Assembly (NCBI GenBank): GCA_049512075.1
Contig: JBEKXL010000002.1
Location: 64,001-128,000, forward strand
Direction: 5' to 3'
DNA from: Candidatus Bathyarchaeia archaeon
GTDB lineage: Archaea; Thermoproteota; Bathyarchaeia; Bathyarchaeales; Bathycorpusculaceae
DNA length: 64,000 bases
This document shows positions 1-10,500 of the stretch, in pieces; position 1 is the stretch's first letter; every line of letters starts with the position of its first letter. The notes under the pieces are model-generated. The model saw only the letters and a program-made list of their open reading frames with translations, was not told the origin of the DNA and did not search any database. The position numbers were made by a program, and so were the translations under genes.

Positions 1-94
1 AGCTAGTTAGACAATCACTAGCCATTCCTTCCCCTCTTAAGCGCACGCGCTCTTATCCAACGTTTTTCCAACGTATAGCGCGCACTAGAACAGG

Positions 95-817
95 TTAGGG
101 GTATTGTTGTCCATAGTGTTTTGCTAGTAGGGATAGGTCTGAGAGGCCGACTTTGCCGTCGCCGTTTATGTCCGCGTTGGCGTTCCACTTTGGACTGTCT
201 GGTGTGGTGCCGTAGGCTTTTGCGAGGATGGATAGATCAGACAGGCTGACTTTGAAGTCGCTTTTGATGTCGCCTGAAATTGTTACCGTTACAGTGCCCG
301 TGTAAGTGAAGTTGTTGGCTGCTTCATTGACTCCGTTTGGCTCGCAATAGGCACTCAGTGTGTAGTTGCCATAGGCGCAGTTTGAAGTGTTTCCACCACA
401 AACGAGGTTAACTGAAGATCCATTCAACAAGTTGAAAACATTGGTGTTGTTCAGAGTTGTTGCGTTAGCAGACAGAGTCAGCGTAACGTTTTCAGGGTTG
501 TCTCCAGCGTTGTTGATCGTAACGTTCATTGGAATTGGGTAACCTTGGCCAACTACGGTTTTGGAAGCTGTAAAACTTGCTACACAAGGCGCAGTAAGAT
601 TGACATTCTGACCTGCATCTATTTGCGAAGTCAAGACATCAGAGATTGAGCAGCCTTGCTGAGTCGTACTGAAACAGGTGACGGTGGCATTCAACACATT
701 GTCTCCAGCACTTATTGACAATCCTGAACTCGAAGGTGTGAGGGTGTAATTGAGGTAGCCTTGAGTTGTCGATGCATTCAAAAAGTACGTATATCCAACA
801 ATCTGACCAGATGCGTA
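95..817 (-). pseudogene. 5'-truncated surface protein: CARDB/Ig-like domain plus C-terminal dockerin-like domain
   Basis: C-terminal duplicated Ca-binding dockerin motifs (GDIKSDFKVSLSDL...ADINGDGKVGLSDL). The frame stays open upstream of 781 (YASGQIVGYTYF) up to the GC linker at 816-828. No signal peptide or plausible start. Confidence 0.75.
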
Positions 818-826
818 GCGCGCGCG

Positions 827-1792
827 CTGGAGAAAGGTTGCTTCGTTGTAAGGGACAAAGAACAGAATGTTCAGCGTTATCCTTTGTTCGAGAACGAGAT
901 AGGGGAAGTAGTTCTGAAAAGCGGCAATCTTGTTTCAACAGGAGCCTTAGCTTCTCTGGGATTCTGGGACATAGACGTTCTGATCGTTACCCAGAGGGGT
1001 CAGCCTGTCGCCATGTTGAAAGGCCTAGACGATGATAGCCACGTTAAAACTCGAATCAGTCAATATGAAGCCTCTGAGAATGGCAAGAGAGCCTCCGTCG
1101 CTAAGAAGATAGTAGCCTCTAGAATTGAAACCGAGAACCTTGTCCTAAGAAAATATGGCTTGCGACAACATGACCTACTTACAGTTAAGAGGGCAATTGA
1201 AGAAGTCAATTCTGGAAACATAACAACCAAGCTCATGGCAATTGAAGGCCATTGTTCAAAACAATACTTCAAACAGGTCTTCCAACTATTCCCCAGTTTC
1301 ATTCGAGTTGAGAATCGTAAAACCTTCAAGGCCTACGATGGACTCAACAATCTTTTCAACCTTGCCTACACCGTTCTGAAATGGAAAGTTTACAGAGCCA
1401 TAGTTAGGGCGAAACTTGAACCGTATCTGGGCTTCTTGCATTCTGAACAGTTCGGTAAACCTTCTCTGGTCTGCGATCTGATGGAGCCATATAGGTGCCT
1501 AATTGACGATTTTGTTATCCAATATTGCCAGAGCCTGAAAAGGAAAGATTTTGGTATGAAACACGAAGACTACTCTTCCAACAGAAAGGGAGAAAGGGAA
1601 TATTTGAACAAGGGTTTGGCAAAAGACATGATGAACAAGCTGAACTTCTTCTTTGAATCAACAATTCAAATACCTAGAGTGAAGCACGGCAACAAACAAA
1701 CCGTGGAGACTCTGATTAACGAAGAAACAATGCTATTCGCCAGATACCTGAGAGACGAGAAACCGAATTGGCATCCAAGGATCGTCAAGTAA
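827..1792 (+). CDS. cas1: Solo Cas1 endonuclease/integrase, probably missing its N-terminal ~15-20 residues
   Basis: Cas1 motifs MAIEG, NNLFNLAY, LEPYLGFLH, SLVCDLMEPYR (catalytic E/H/D-E retained). Similarity begins at EKGCFVV, immediately after the GC run; the ORF-track start at 761 overlaps the opposite gene. Confidence 0.85.
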   Translation: MEKGCFVVRDKEQNVQRYPLFENEIGEVVLKSGNLVSTGALASLGFWDIDVLIVTQRGQPVAMLKGLDDDSHVKTRISQYEASENGKRASVAKKIVASRIETENLVLRKYGLRQHDLLTVKRAIEEVNSGNITTKLMAIEGHCSKQYFKQVFQLFPSFIRVENRKTFKAYDGLNNLFNLAYTVLKWKVYRAIVRAKLEPYLGFLHSEQFGKPSLVCDLMEPYRCLIDDFVIQYCQSLKRKDFGMKHEDYSSNRKGEREYLNKGLAKDMMNKLNFFFESTIQIPRVKHGNKQTVETLINEETMLFARYLRDEKPNWHPRIVK

Positions 1793-1812
1793 GGCGCTAG
1801 GGACGAAATGGT

Positions 1813-2547
1813 CTACACAGTTTTCTTTTTCATCCACAGAAGCCCGATTATCATCCACACAGTAAAAGGTCTTTTACTATGCGTTCCTAACGCAAACCAT
1901 GTGTCATATTTCTCTTTCATGTTGTGATAGCACATTTCGGTTACTTTCTGTTTTGCAGTCTCCTTGTTCGGATAGTTGTTCCAAAGTACATGCGCCCCCC
2001 AGTCGAAGCATTCCATATAATGGGGATGCCTCTGACAAACTTCACAGGGTTCTTCGCAGTTCCATTTATAGAAAAGACCAACATTGCCATAAGGCTGCTT
2101 CCGGAAAACTCTGCCATTCAAGGTTAGCTGGACCACTTGCTTCTTACGTTCAATGATATCAAATCCGACGATCTGTGGTTTTACAAGGACGAGTGATCGT
2201 TTCTCGCTGATTGGCACGTCCAGCGACTTCTCGGACAAATCAACAAGAAAACGCCTTCGCTCTTCCCTGTCAGTTAGCTTCTTGCCCGATTGGATGATGG
2301 AGAAAGGTTCTATTTTTCTGCTTTCAATTCGCGGATCGCGATCGGGTTCTGTGGTCCTTACTTTAATAAAATCCCAACGGTGTATTTTTCTCGCAACACT
2401 ACCCAAACGCATCGGATAAAGGCGCCTCCATTCCTTTTTCTCATTTACACCGGCTGTGCAAACAAGGTAAGACCCATGTTTACCGCTCCAATTCGGGGCA
2501 GCTTCCACAAGTACCAGGACTGATTCATCTTGATAAACCGTAGGAAT
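1813..2547 (-). CDS. Uncharacterised protein with VCTAG...WRRLYP motif (OB-fold-like family often seen in defence loci)
   Basis: Motifs LVEAAP-x6-YLVCTAGV-x5-WRRLYP and C-terminal FALGTH...WMIIGL. The frame is open from 2547. Confidence 0.6.
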   Translation of the reverse strand: MPTVYQDESVLVLVEAAPNWSGKHGSYLVCTAGVNEKKEWRRLYPMRLGSVARKIHRWDFIKVRTTEPDRDPRIESRKIEPFSIIQSGKKLTDREERRRFLVDLSEKSLDVPISEKRSLVLVKPQIVGFDIIERKKQVVQLTLNGRVFRKQPYGNVGLFYKWNCEEPCEVCQRHPHYMECFDWGAHVLWNNYPNKETAKQKVTEMCYHNMKEKYDTWFALGTHSKRPFTVWMIIGLLWMKKKTV

Positions 2548-3552
2548 CTACTCCGTCCTCTGAAATCCTATCACACAGACGATTTCATTATCATCCCAGT
2601 TCTCATGAAGATTCCGCCAAACTTCCTTGAACTCCTTCAATGTATAGCCGCCTTCTTTCTTAGCATCGTTTTCTGTGAAATCTCCAAGTCGTTTCCTTTG
2701 GATGGAAGTTATGCGCAGATTAGCAAAATGGGGTTCCCAAACAGCAGCATGAATTGTCGCCCCAACAACAATTTTTGGATCTGGCAGTCCTTTCCGTGAG
2801 GTTTGAGTCTTTGTACCTTCAAGAATCGGCTGCATATGGGTGAGTCGAAAAGGCATTTCGTAAGGGGCCTCTACGACTTCTTTGAAGATTTGCTGTATTG
2901 ACTTTTCAGGTTCTTTTGCGGCTTTTGATATCACTTCTCTTGCCTGTCTTCGATAAATGGGTCTTCTTGCAATTTCCTTCGCTATCGACACTTGTTTCGA
3001 GGGTTCCTTTATCTGTCGAGTTATTGTTACGGCCGTGTCCCAATCGATTTTGCCCTGTTCACGAGGAACCCCGATCTTGGCAGCAGGTGCTATCATGACC
3101 TGCAATTCTCTAGGCGCGTTCACTAATTCAAGCCACGCATTAATCGTCCTATCAGAGACCCCTAACGTTTTGGCCACGGCGGCAGTATTGGGAAACTTTG
3201 AAGAGTATCTCTCCATAAGCTGCTTGCAACTATTGCCTTTTTCGACTGCATTCAAATCCGCGCGCTGAATATTCTCAATTAAGCTGAGTTCGATAACGTC
3301 CTCATCTGAATAGTCTCGTATCATTACAGGAACTCTTTCGAGTCTGGCCTTTTTTGCAGCCCTGTAGCGTCTTTCACCCACGACAACTTCGTAATGATCC
3401 CCCACAGGACGTATGATGATTGGTTGGAGCAAACCTTTTTCTTTTATGTTCTGGGCCAACAGATCGAGTTCTTCATTATCAAAATCCAATCTTGGATTGA
3501 AACGGTTCGGCCGAATTTTGTTCAATTCAATTTCTTTTATATCTCCAGCCAT
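2548..3552 (-). CDS. ParB/Srx N-terminal domain + HTH + C-terminal ASCH domain fusion
   Basis: GLLQPIIIR, VVVGERRYRA, LIENIQRADL (ParB); ILEGTKTQTSR and DAKKEGG (ASCH). Start placed at MAGDIKEI. Confidence 0.85.
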   Translation of the reverse strand: MAGDIKEIELNKIRPNRFNPRLDFDNEELDLLAQNIKEKGLLQPIIIRPVGDHYEVVVGERRYRAAKKARLERVPVMIRDYSDEDVIELSLIENIQRADLNAVEKGNSCKQLMERYSSKFPNTAAVAKTLGVSDRTINAWLELVNAPRELQVMIAPAAKIGVPREQGKIDWDTAVTITRQIKEPSKQVSIAKEIARRPIYRRQAREVISKAAKEPEKSIQQIFKEVVEAPYEMPFRLTHMQPILEGTKTQTSRKGLPDPKIVVGATIHAAVWEPHFANLRITSIQRKRLGDFTENDAKKEGGYTLKEFKEVWRNLHENWDDNEIVCVIGFQRTE

Positions 3553-3695
3553 CCCAATCACTCTCCCATGATGCAAATTCCACAACCGACTTAACTATGA
3601 CTGCCTCGCCGGATTTATAAGACTTGCAGGGCGCACCATCGCGCACGTGATGCGTGAGTTTTTTATCCCAGCACTTTTGATAGTGTAAACGTTGG

Positions 3696-5786
3696 TTGGT
3701 CAAAATGGAGATATCGCAGCTGAGAGAGTTGCAAAACCATTTCGAAGTTGCTCGAGCAAGCACCCAAGAAGCCCAACAATTGTATAAAGAATGTGAGGAC
3801 CTTACTTCGCAGTTCCAGCAGAAGTTTCGTCGAGATAAAATAGGTTCAATGACTCTCCCAGAGTACGTTGTAGGTCACGAAAATAAGGATTCCTTTTGCT
3901 ACTGGCTGCAATTCAAAACTAGTAAGGTTGGAGAAATCTTCGTTGGTGGCGCAGCTTTAGCGTTTGGAGTCTATTATAGCAAGAAAGACAACGCCTACAG
4001 GGTTTTTGACGGAAGTAAAGTTGGCGTAGTGCCTGACGATGAGGCATCTAAGCAATTGGAAAGGATTAAGGCCGGATTAGTTGAACTGTTGAGTTTTGCT
4101 GAAAAGAAAGCTTTTGCAGATATGATAAGGGTCTCAAAACAATTACTTCTCGATTACCAAGTCGTAGGGAAAATTCTAACTCTTTATTTTCCTGAAAAAT
4201 ACTTGGGTGTCTTTTCGAATGGACATGTGAACGAATTCCTTGAAAGTTTTGGAAAACTAGACGATAAGACAAAAGATTCACACATCTTTGAAAGAAGATC
4301 GATACTTCTGGAATTCAAAGAGAACGATGAAATAATGAAGAATTGGACAAACAAGAAGTATGTTGATTTTCTTTATAAGGAAATACTCAAAACGCATGTG
4401 CCTGCATCCTATTTCGTTTTGCGGACAGGCAGCGAAGAATACTCAGATCAGCCGGAATCAAAATACAATTTCAAGGAATCTATCCCGGGTTCTGTCCAGC
4501 TTCGAGTAGCTGAAAACAATGGCTGGTTCGTCTATCTCGAGAAAGATGTCTTCTATGGAACTGGCAGAATTGGCAAAATTTCATCTTATGAAAAAGATGG
4601 CGTAACGTACTACGATGCCGAAATACTGGATTACATTAAGATAGATCCTGTAAAGTTCGACACCATTAAAGACAGACTAAGCTTCAAATCCATAGGCCAA
4701 CCTGGCATCCAAAGAATATCTGAGGCTGACTTCAAAATCATTGCAAAAAGCCCAAAAATTCCGGCCCTTACTCTTCACCCAATTGAAGATATCGTCAAAT
4801 ATATAAAATCAAAAGGATTCTTCTTTCCTATAGAGACTATAATCAATTATCACACATGTCTGTTGACGAAGCCTTTCGTCATTCTGTCAGGAATTACAGG
4901 AACAGGCAAGACCAAACTAGCAGAACTTTATGCTAATGGTCTATACGGAATTGAAAAGGATAATCCATACTACAGAAAAGTAGCTGTCCAATCAAACTGG
5001 AGCGACAGCAAACCACTTCTGGGTTATTACAACCCGTTCATAGGAGCGTATCACACGACTCCTTTCCTTCAGTTTGTTCTGAAAGCAATTGAAGACTGCG
5101 ACAGCTGCGGCCTCAACAACGGGGGGAAATGTTCAGATTCCACCAAATGCAGCTCAAAATATTTCGTATGCTTAGATGAAATGAACCTCGCCCACGTAGA
5201 ATATTACTTCGCAGATTTTCTAAGCGCAATGGAGACAGAAAACAAGACGATAAATCTTCACCCTGCAGGTACAAAAACTGAAGAAGGAACGTCAATACCT
5301 AGTAAGATTCGAATACCTGATAATTTCTACGTCATCGGCACCGTCAATATTGACGAGACAACCAAGGAGTTTAGTCCCAAAGTACTAGACCGGGCCAACA
5401 CAATTGAGCTAGACATCGTAGACCTAGAGAAGTGGAAAGAAATCCAGCTGAGCTTAGGCATCAAAATAAACGAGGAAGCATTCAAGGTCATAAACGAAAT
5501 CCACTCTATACTGAGAAAATATAGTCTGCACTTCGGCTACAGAGTTTGCAACGAAATAATCAAGTATATCGAAAACTCGAAACTGAGCCTCTACGAATCT
5601 CTAGACCTTGAGATAAAACAAAAAATACTACCAAAACTAAGTGGAGACGACAATCCCCGACTCAGAAAAAGTCTTGAAGAACTCAACCAATATCTCACAG
5701 GTAGACAGTGCGAACAGTCGCGAACCAAAGTCGCAAACATGCTTGAAAAATTGAATCAGTATGGTTTCACATCCTTCTATGACTAG
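3696..5786 (+). CDS. McrB-like AAA+ GTPase (type IV restriction) with N-terminal recognition domains
   Basis: Walker A GITGTGKT, Walker B CLDEMNLA, McrB signature GTVNIDETT...KVLDRAN; EVE/PUA-like segment at about aa 238-350. Confidence 0.85.
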   Translation: MVKMEISQLRELQNHFEVARASTQEAQQLYKECEDLTSQFQQKFRRDKIGSMTLPEYVVGHENKDSFCYWLQFKTSKVGEIFVGGAALAFGVYYSKKDNAYRVFDGSKVGVVPDDEASKQLERIKAGLVELLSFAEKKAFADMIRVSKQLLLDYQVVGKILTLYFPEKYLGVFSNGHVNEFLESFGKLDDKTKDSHIFERRSILLEFKENDEIMKNWTNKKYVDFLYKEILKTHVPASYFVLRTGSEEYSDQPESKYNFKESIPGSVQLRVAENNGWFVYLEKDVFYGTGRIGKISSYEKDGVTYYDAEILDYIKIDPVKFDTIKDRLSFKSIGQPGIQRISEADFKIIAKSPKIPALTLHPIEDIVKYIKSKGFFFPIETIINYHTCLLTKPFVILSGITGTGKTKLAELYANGLYGIEKDNPYYRKVAVQSNWSDSKPLLGYYNPFIGAYHTTPFLQFVLKAIEDCDSCGLNNGGKCSDSTKCSSKYFVCLDEMNLAHVEYYFADFLSAMETENKTINLHPAGTKTEEGTSIPSKIRIPDNFYVIGTVNIDETTKEFSPKVLDRANTIELDIVDLEKWKEIQLSLGIKINEEAFKVINEIHSILRKYSLHFGYRVCNEIIKYIENSKLSLYESLDLEIKQKILPKLSGDDNPRLRKSLEELNQYLTGRQCEQSRTKVANMLEKLNQYGFTSFYD

Positions 5787-5810
5787 CACCCATTAGAGGG
5801 CAACGCTTGC

Positions 5811-7421
5811 ATGGAAGACAAAAAACTCATCTTCAAGATAGACGGGGTAGAGAAGGACCTATCCGAAATCATAGAAGTCGACGAGCTTCAAAAATGCGTT
5901 TTCTCAATAGAACTTGACCAGGATGTGCCCCTTTCACTCTTCATAAATCAAAAAGAGGTTGAAATGGATCAAATCCTTAAGAAAGAAGCTCACGCGGGAT
6001 ATTACTACCGCTCAAGATTGCCTTATCCCTTTGATGAAATTGGGATTTATGTTCTTAAGCTGGTCACAGATGGAAGGCAAATAACTCAAAAGATTAGAGC
6101 TAGGCCGATAAAGATCTCCATGGAAGACTACCGAGTTATTTTGGAGGATATTAGGAAAGAGACTTACAACTTGGTTTTCTCCGTTTTTGGACAGAGTTCA
6201 GAAGATATCCGGTTGGCCCATCTCTCTGGGCAAACAAGCTTCATAGAATACATTTCATTTTTCAGAAGAAATTTCAGCGATTTCTGCGAGGTATTCAGAA
6301 GGATTGAGAAGGACCCCAACTGCGATCTAATTAAAAGGGAAAGAATAGCCGAGATATACGATACGAACATTTTCGATGATATAATCGAGTTTGAGAAGAC
6401 AGAAGACGCTATTTCTCCAATTGAGCGAAAACTTGGCTTCTACCCGAAGCGAGTTTCACTTCTTGAGAGTGCAAGATCCTTCAATGTCTATGAAAATAGG
6501 CTACTCAAACATTTCTTAGGACTTATCATCAACAAGACAGCCTTTTTGGAATCGGCACTGATTGAGGAAATAAAGACAACACAAGATAACAGTGATTTTT
6601 TTGCCGGTTCGAATGAAAGGATAAAGAAGTTGGAGGAGCTCAAGAAGGAATGTGGAAGATACGAAAAAGTCGCTCAGAACATGTGGAAAAGAAACTTTCT
6701 TGATAACGTTTCCAAGATGAATGTCGTGAAAACATCAATGGTTCTGCAAAAAGAACCGAGGTACCGATCTTTTTACAAGCTGTATCAAGATTTCAGAAAA
6801 AATTCTTTGGTAGAAATCAATTCTGATTATTTCTATATACCCATCAGACGGGCTTGGCAAGTATATGAGATCTGGGCGTTTCTGAAGGTCGCAGAGGTCC
6901 TCGTTAGAAAAGGGTTCGTTCCTCAACAAGGGTTGTTCAATACTTCAGAAAGAATGAGCCATGACGTCAAAAATGTTAATTTCAATTTTAATCTGAAAGA
7001 GAATATTCCTCTACTAGAACTGAAGGGAAAAAACCTTGCGGCAAGAGTGTACTACCAGCGGTCTTATGCAGTTGCTTTCATCAGTGGCTACGGGTCTACA
7101 GATCCTTATGAAAAGAAACCAGACATAGCAATCGAGTTTTTCACAAATAATAACCCAATCCCTGAAATAGTCATTCTTGACGCCAAATACAAAATAGTCG
7201 AAGAAAGACCTCCGCAAAGTACCCTGAAAGATATGAGCTATTATGTTGAAACTATCTGCGATGAGGATAAAAACAGAATCGTGAAGAGTGCGCACGCAAT
7301 ATACCCGGGCAAGTACACAGAAAGCTACGGAAGATGCGGTTATGTCGGGCTTATTCCAAAAGGAGACATGTCCAAATTCGACAAAGATATCGAAAAACTA
7401 ATCTCAGCATATTTGCAATGA
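5811..7421 (+). CDS. McrC-like DUF2357 + PD-(D/E)xK nuclease
   Basis: NVYENRLLKHF, VYEIW, KPDI...ILDAKYK; lies directly downstream of the McrB-like gene. Confidence 0.8.
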   Translation: MEDKKLIFKIDGVEKDLSEIIEVDELQKCVFSIELDQDVPLSLFINQKEVEMDQILKKEAHAGYYYRSRLPYPFDEIGIYVLKLVTDGRQITQKIRARPIKISMEDYRVILEDIRKETYNLVFSVFGQSSEDIRLAHLSGQTSFIEYISFFRRNFSDFCEVFRRIEKDPNCDLIKRERIAEIYDTNIFDDIIEFEKTEDAISPIERKLGFYPKRVSLLESARSFNVYENRLLKHFLGLIINKTAFLESALIEEIKTTQDNSDFFAGSNERIKKLEELKKECGRYEKVAQNMWKRNFLDNVSKMNVVKTSMVLQKEPRYRSFYKLYQDFRKNSLVEINSDYFYIPIRRAWQVYEIWAFLKVAEVLVRKGFVPQQGLFNTSERMSHDVKNVNFNFNLKENIPLLELKGKNLAARVYYQRSYAVAFISGYGSTDPYEKKPDIAIEFFTNNNPIPEIVILDAKYKIVEERPPQSTLKDMSYYVETICDEDKNRIVKSAHAIYPGKYTESYGRCGYVGLIPKGDMSKFDKDIEKLISAYLQ

Positions 7422-7571
7422 CATAAAACTTGTTCAATATTGTCTAAGAGAATGAAACCAATGTGACGTGCACATTTTTGTGAAGGTTAGTTTTTACTAA
7501 AACTGCACTACTCGTCACACGCGCAACATTGTCCACGGGGTAATGAGTTTCGAATTCTGCTCTAGCGCGGG

Positions 7572-10500
7572 CTAAATAGACTCTTCCTCAGTATGTCTGC
7601 ATCCTTTAGTGCCATAATTAACGCAGCCAAAGAAAGGTCGCCCATATTTGTCTTGCCTTGGGACAAGGTAACCATCTTCGCATTTCGGGCATGCTTTCGC
7701 CTGAAAAGAGCATTTATCATTGGAGCACAGATATTTTGAGTTATCCTTGTATAGAAAACCGTTGCCACCTTCTGAGTAATCCTCTCTGCATTTTGGACAA
7801 CTCCTCGGAACATAGCTGCAATACGGGCTGTTGCTACATTCGTACCATCCGCGCATTTCATTCCTAACAATAATTCCAGTTGTGCAGACTGGACAATTAA
7901 TACTCCTTTTCAGCTTCTGCCCAGTTGTATTAATCTCATAACCGTTATTTTCTATCTCAGTGACAAAAGTTGAAACATTGAATGGTTCATCAACAACTAA
8001 GTAGACATGCTTTCGAGCTCTTGTGATTGCCACATAGAATAGTCGTCTTTCTTCGGCGTTCGGGAAATTTTCACTTTTGGCCTTAACCAAATCCAATACA
8101 GGGTCATTTTCGATTTGGCAAGGAAAACCGCGTTCTCCGCTTCTTAACCCTATTACTATGACAGAATGGACTGTGCGTCCTTTTGACTTATGTATTGTCG
8201 TGTACTCTATCTCAAGCTTAGGATTATTCAATATTAATTCGTCGATATTACTTGGTTTTCCTATTTCTTCATACCTGTTTAATATCAAGATTTTTTCTTT
8301 TTCTTGGGCGTCTCGATTTATTTCTTGAATTATTCTTTCGAGTGCGGATTCCGTTTTTTCTTTGACAATGGTCACAGCAGGTTTATTGTCTTTCTTTTTG
8401 CTTATGATTTGTTTGCGTATCTGGTATGAGTTTTCAAGGATAAATCTGGTTGAAAAGTCACACAATTTGTCGCTGAATCTGTGGGTCTCCTGTACTAATC
8501 GTATTTCGCTGGGACCAAAATATCTTTCGAAATGAGTCATAATAGAGATATCGCTACCTGCGAACCGATTGATTGACTGCCAATCATCACCCACGCAGAA
8601 GAGTTTGGAGTTATTTTGGTTAAGCAAGGCTTTTAGAAACCTGTATCTACTTTGCGAAATGTCCTGAAACTCATCAACTAATACATATTGGAATGGAGAT
8701 ACGTACTTGTTCTGTTCAATCAAGTTGGTAGCTTTGTTGATCATGTCGTTGAAGTCAATTTCGCCATTTTGCCAAAGACATTCTTCATAGTCTTTGTAAA
8801 TGACTGAGAATATATCTAGGAAAGCTTTTGTTCTCGTATCATCTGGACTAATTTCGCTTTTCAGTGTCTCGAGACTTTTTCCACTTGACTTGAACAAGTT
8901 TAGGAAGGTAGACAGAAGCGAGGCTAGAGAATTGACTTTGCCCATTTCGTTCAATTTATCGAAAATTTGATTACTTGGGAGTGGAGCAAATACTACTCCT
9001 CGTCTTAAAAGTTCCGTTTCGAGCTTTTTCAACAGGTTGCCCGCCTGCCTTTCGTAGGTGAAGGTTTTGATCAATGTCGTTTCGTTCTTCTCATGCAGGG
9101 CAACTTTCCAATTCATGTCTGCTATGTACTTTTCCCGTGGAACCCAGGGCGCTGTTCCTCCATTTTCATCTATGCCGAAATGCTCTATGTAAATTCCTGA
9201 TTCTGGAAGGGTGAAATCGGGTTTGTATTGACCGTGCTCTGCATCCGATGTTTTTTCTTTATAGGGGTGTTCGTAGATGTAATTTACTCCGTTTACGTAG
9301 AGGAAATTGGCAATTTCGCATTCTTCAAGACTCTCCACCCTATGCCCTTGCAGTGCGCGGGTTCCGTTATCCCTTAGGTATTGATAGTATTCTCCCAGAG
9401 AGTTGAACTCGAATATGCTCCTATACATTTGGAAATTCCAAAGGAAGTAATCATTAATGAGTCTGGCAAAATTCTCTTCTTTCATTCTATTTCTTATCAA
9501 TTCAAGAATTCTTGATTTGGAGGCAAGCTCATCTTTTGCTAAGGGGGATAGGGTTGGCATGTCCTTTTTTGACTTGCCAATTATTCCACGTCCTAAGCTG
9601 TGAAACGTCTTCACTGTAAACTTGATACCAGTTTTATTGTTGACTTTCTTTTCATTCTCCTTAGCAACAGACTTGTTGAAAGCTATGAGTAGTATGTTTT
9701 CTGGAGCTGCCAGTCCTTTTGACACTATATAGAACGCTTTTCCTAAGAGGGTTGTAGATTTTCCAGTTCCTGCGCCTGCAACTACAAGGTTATTGGCTTC
9801 GTCTACGACAATTGCTCTTTTTTGTTCTTCAGTCAAAGTATTTCCATCGATTTTTTCAAATAACTCGGATTTTAGAATCTCTTCTTCAACATAACTCTTA
9901 TTACGCTCTCCTAAGAGCCGCTCACCATCGTTATGGATTGATACAACTAAGTCAAGCGAATCCTGAAAATCGATTTCTGTGACACCTTTTGCCTTACATT
10001 GTTCGGCGATGGGGACTAGGTTTCTCCATTGTTCTTTCCACGACTTCAGTTCTCTCTTGGAGAAGTATTGTTGCCTATTATAGAGTGATGTGAAGTCTTT
10101 CTCAGCTTGCAAAAATGTTTCTCCAAGTTTCATTGTTTTCTGTTTTAGTATGTTTCTTTCAAGCTTCTCGTTATAGCCAATAACAAACTGCCTTGACTGC
10201 GCTATTTCACTAAGTGTTGAAGAAATGAGTTCTGAATCAAGAAAGTTCAAGGGCTTCAGGTATTCCATATCCGCTTTGAATGTCCCAAAAAGATTCAGTA
10301 ATTTCTCCTCTTGTTCGTTTGACAAGAATTCGTGATGGGCCTCGATGGCTTTAAGTTGCTGTCTTTGAACCTCCAAAGTGTCCCTGATGCGAGATTCAAC
10401 GTTCTTTGTCAGAAGAGCTTTCTGCGTCTCATATTGCAGTATGTGCTGATCGACGTCTCTATAAATGAAACGGCCAATTCCAATTTTCTTCAAGATTCTG

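Noticed and set aside
761-826. ORF-track N-terminal extension of Cas1 (MSCRCIQ...)
   Set aside because: It is the antisense of the dockerin gene plus the GC run and is not Cas1-like.
1-2000. CRISPR array or cas operon near cas1
   Set aside because: No regularly spaced 25-40-bp repeats and no cas2/cas4 in the window; sequence upstream of position 1 is unseen.
7460-7520. Nested short inverted repeats after the McrC-like gene
   Set aside because: Arms are only 6-7 bp; could be chance or a simple terminator, so not enough for a call.
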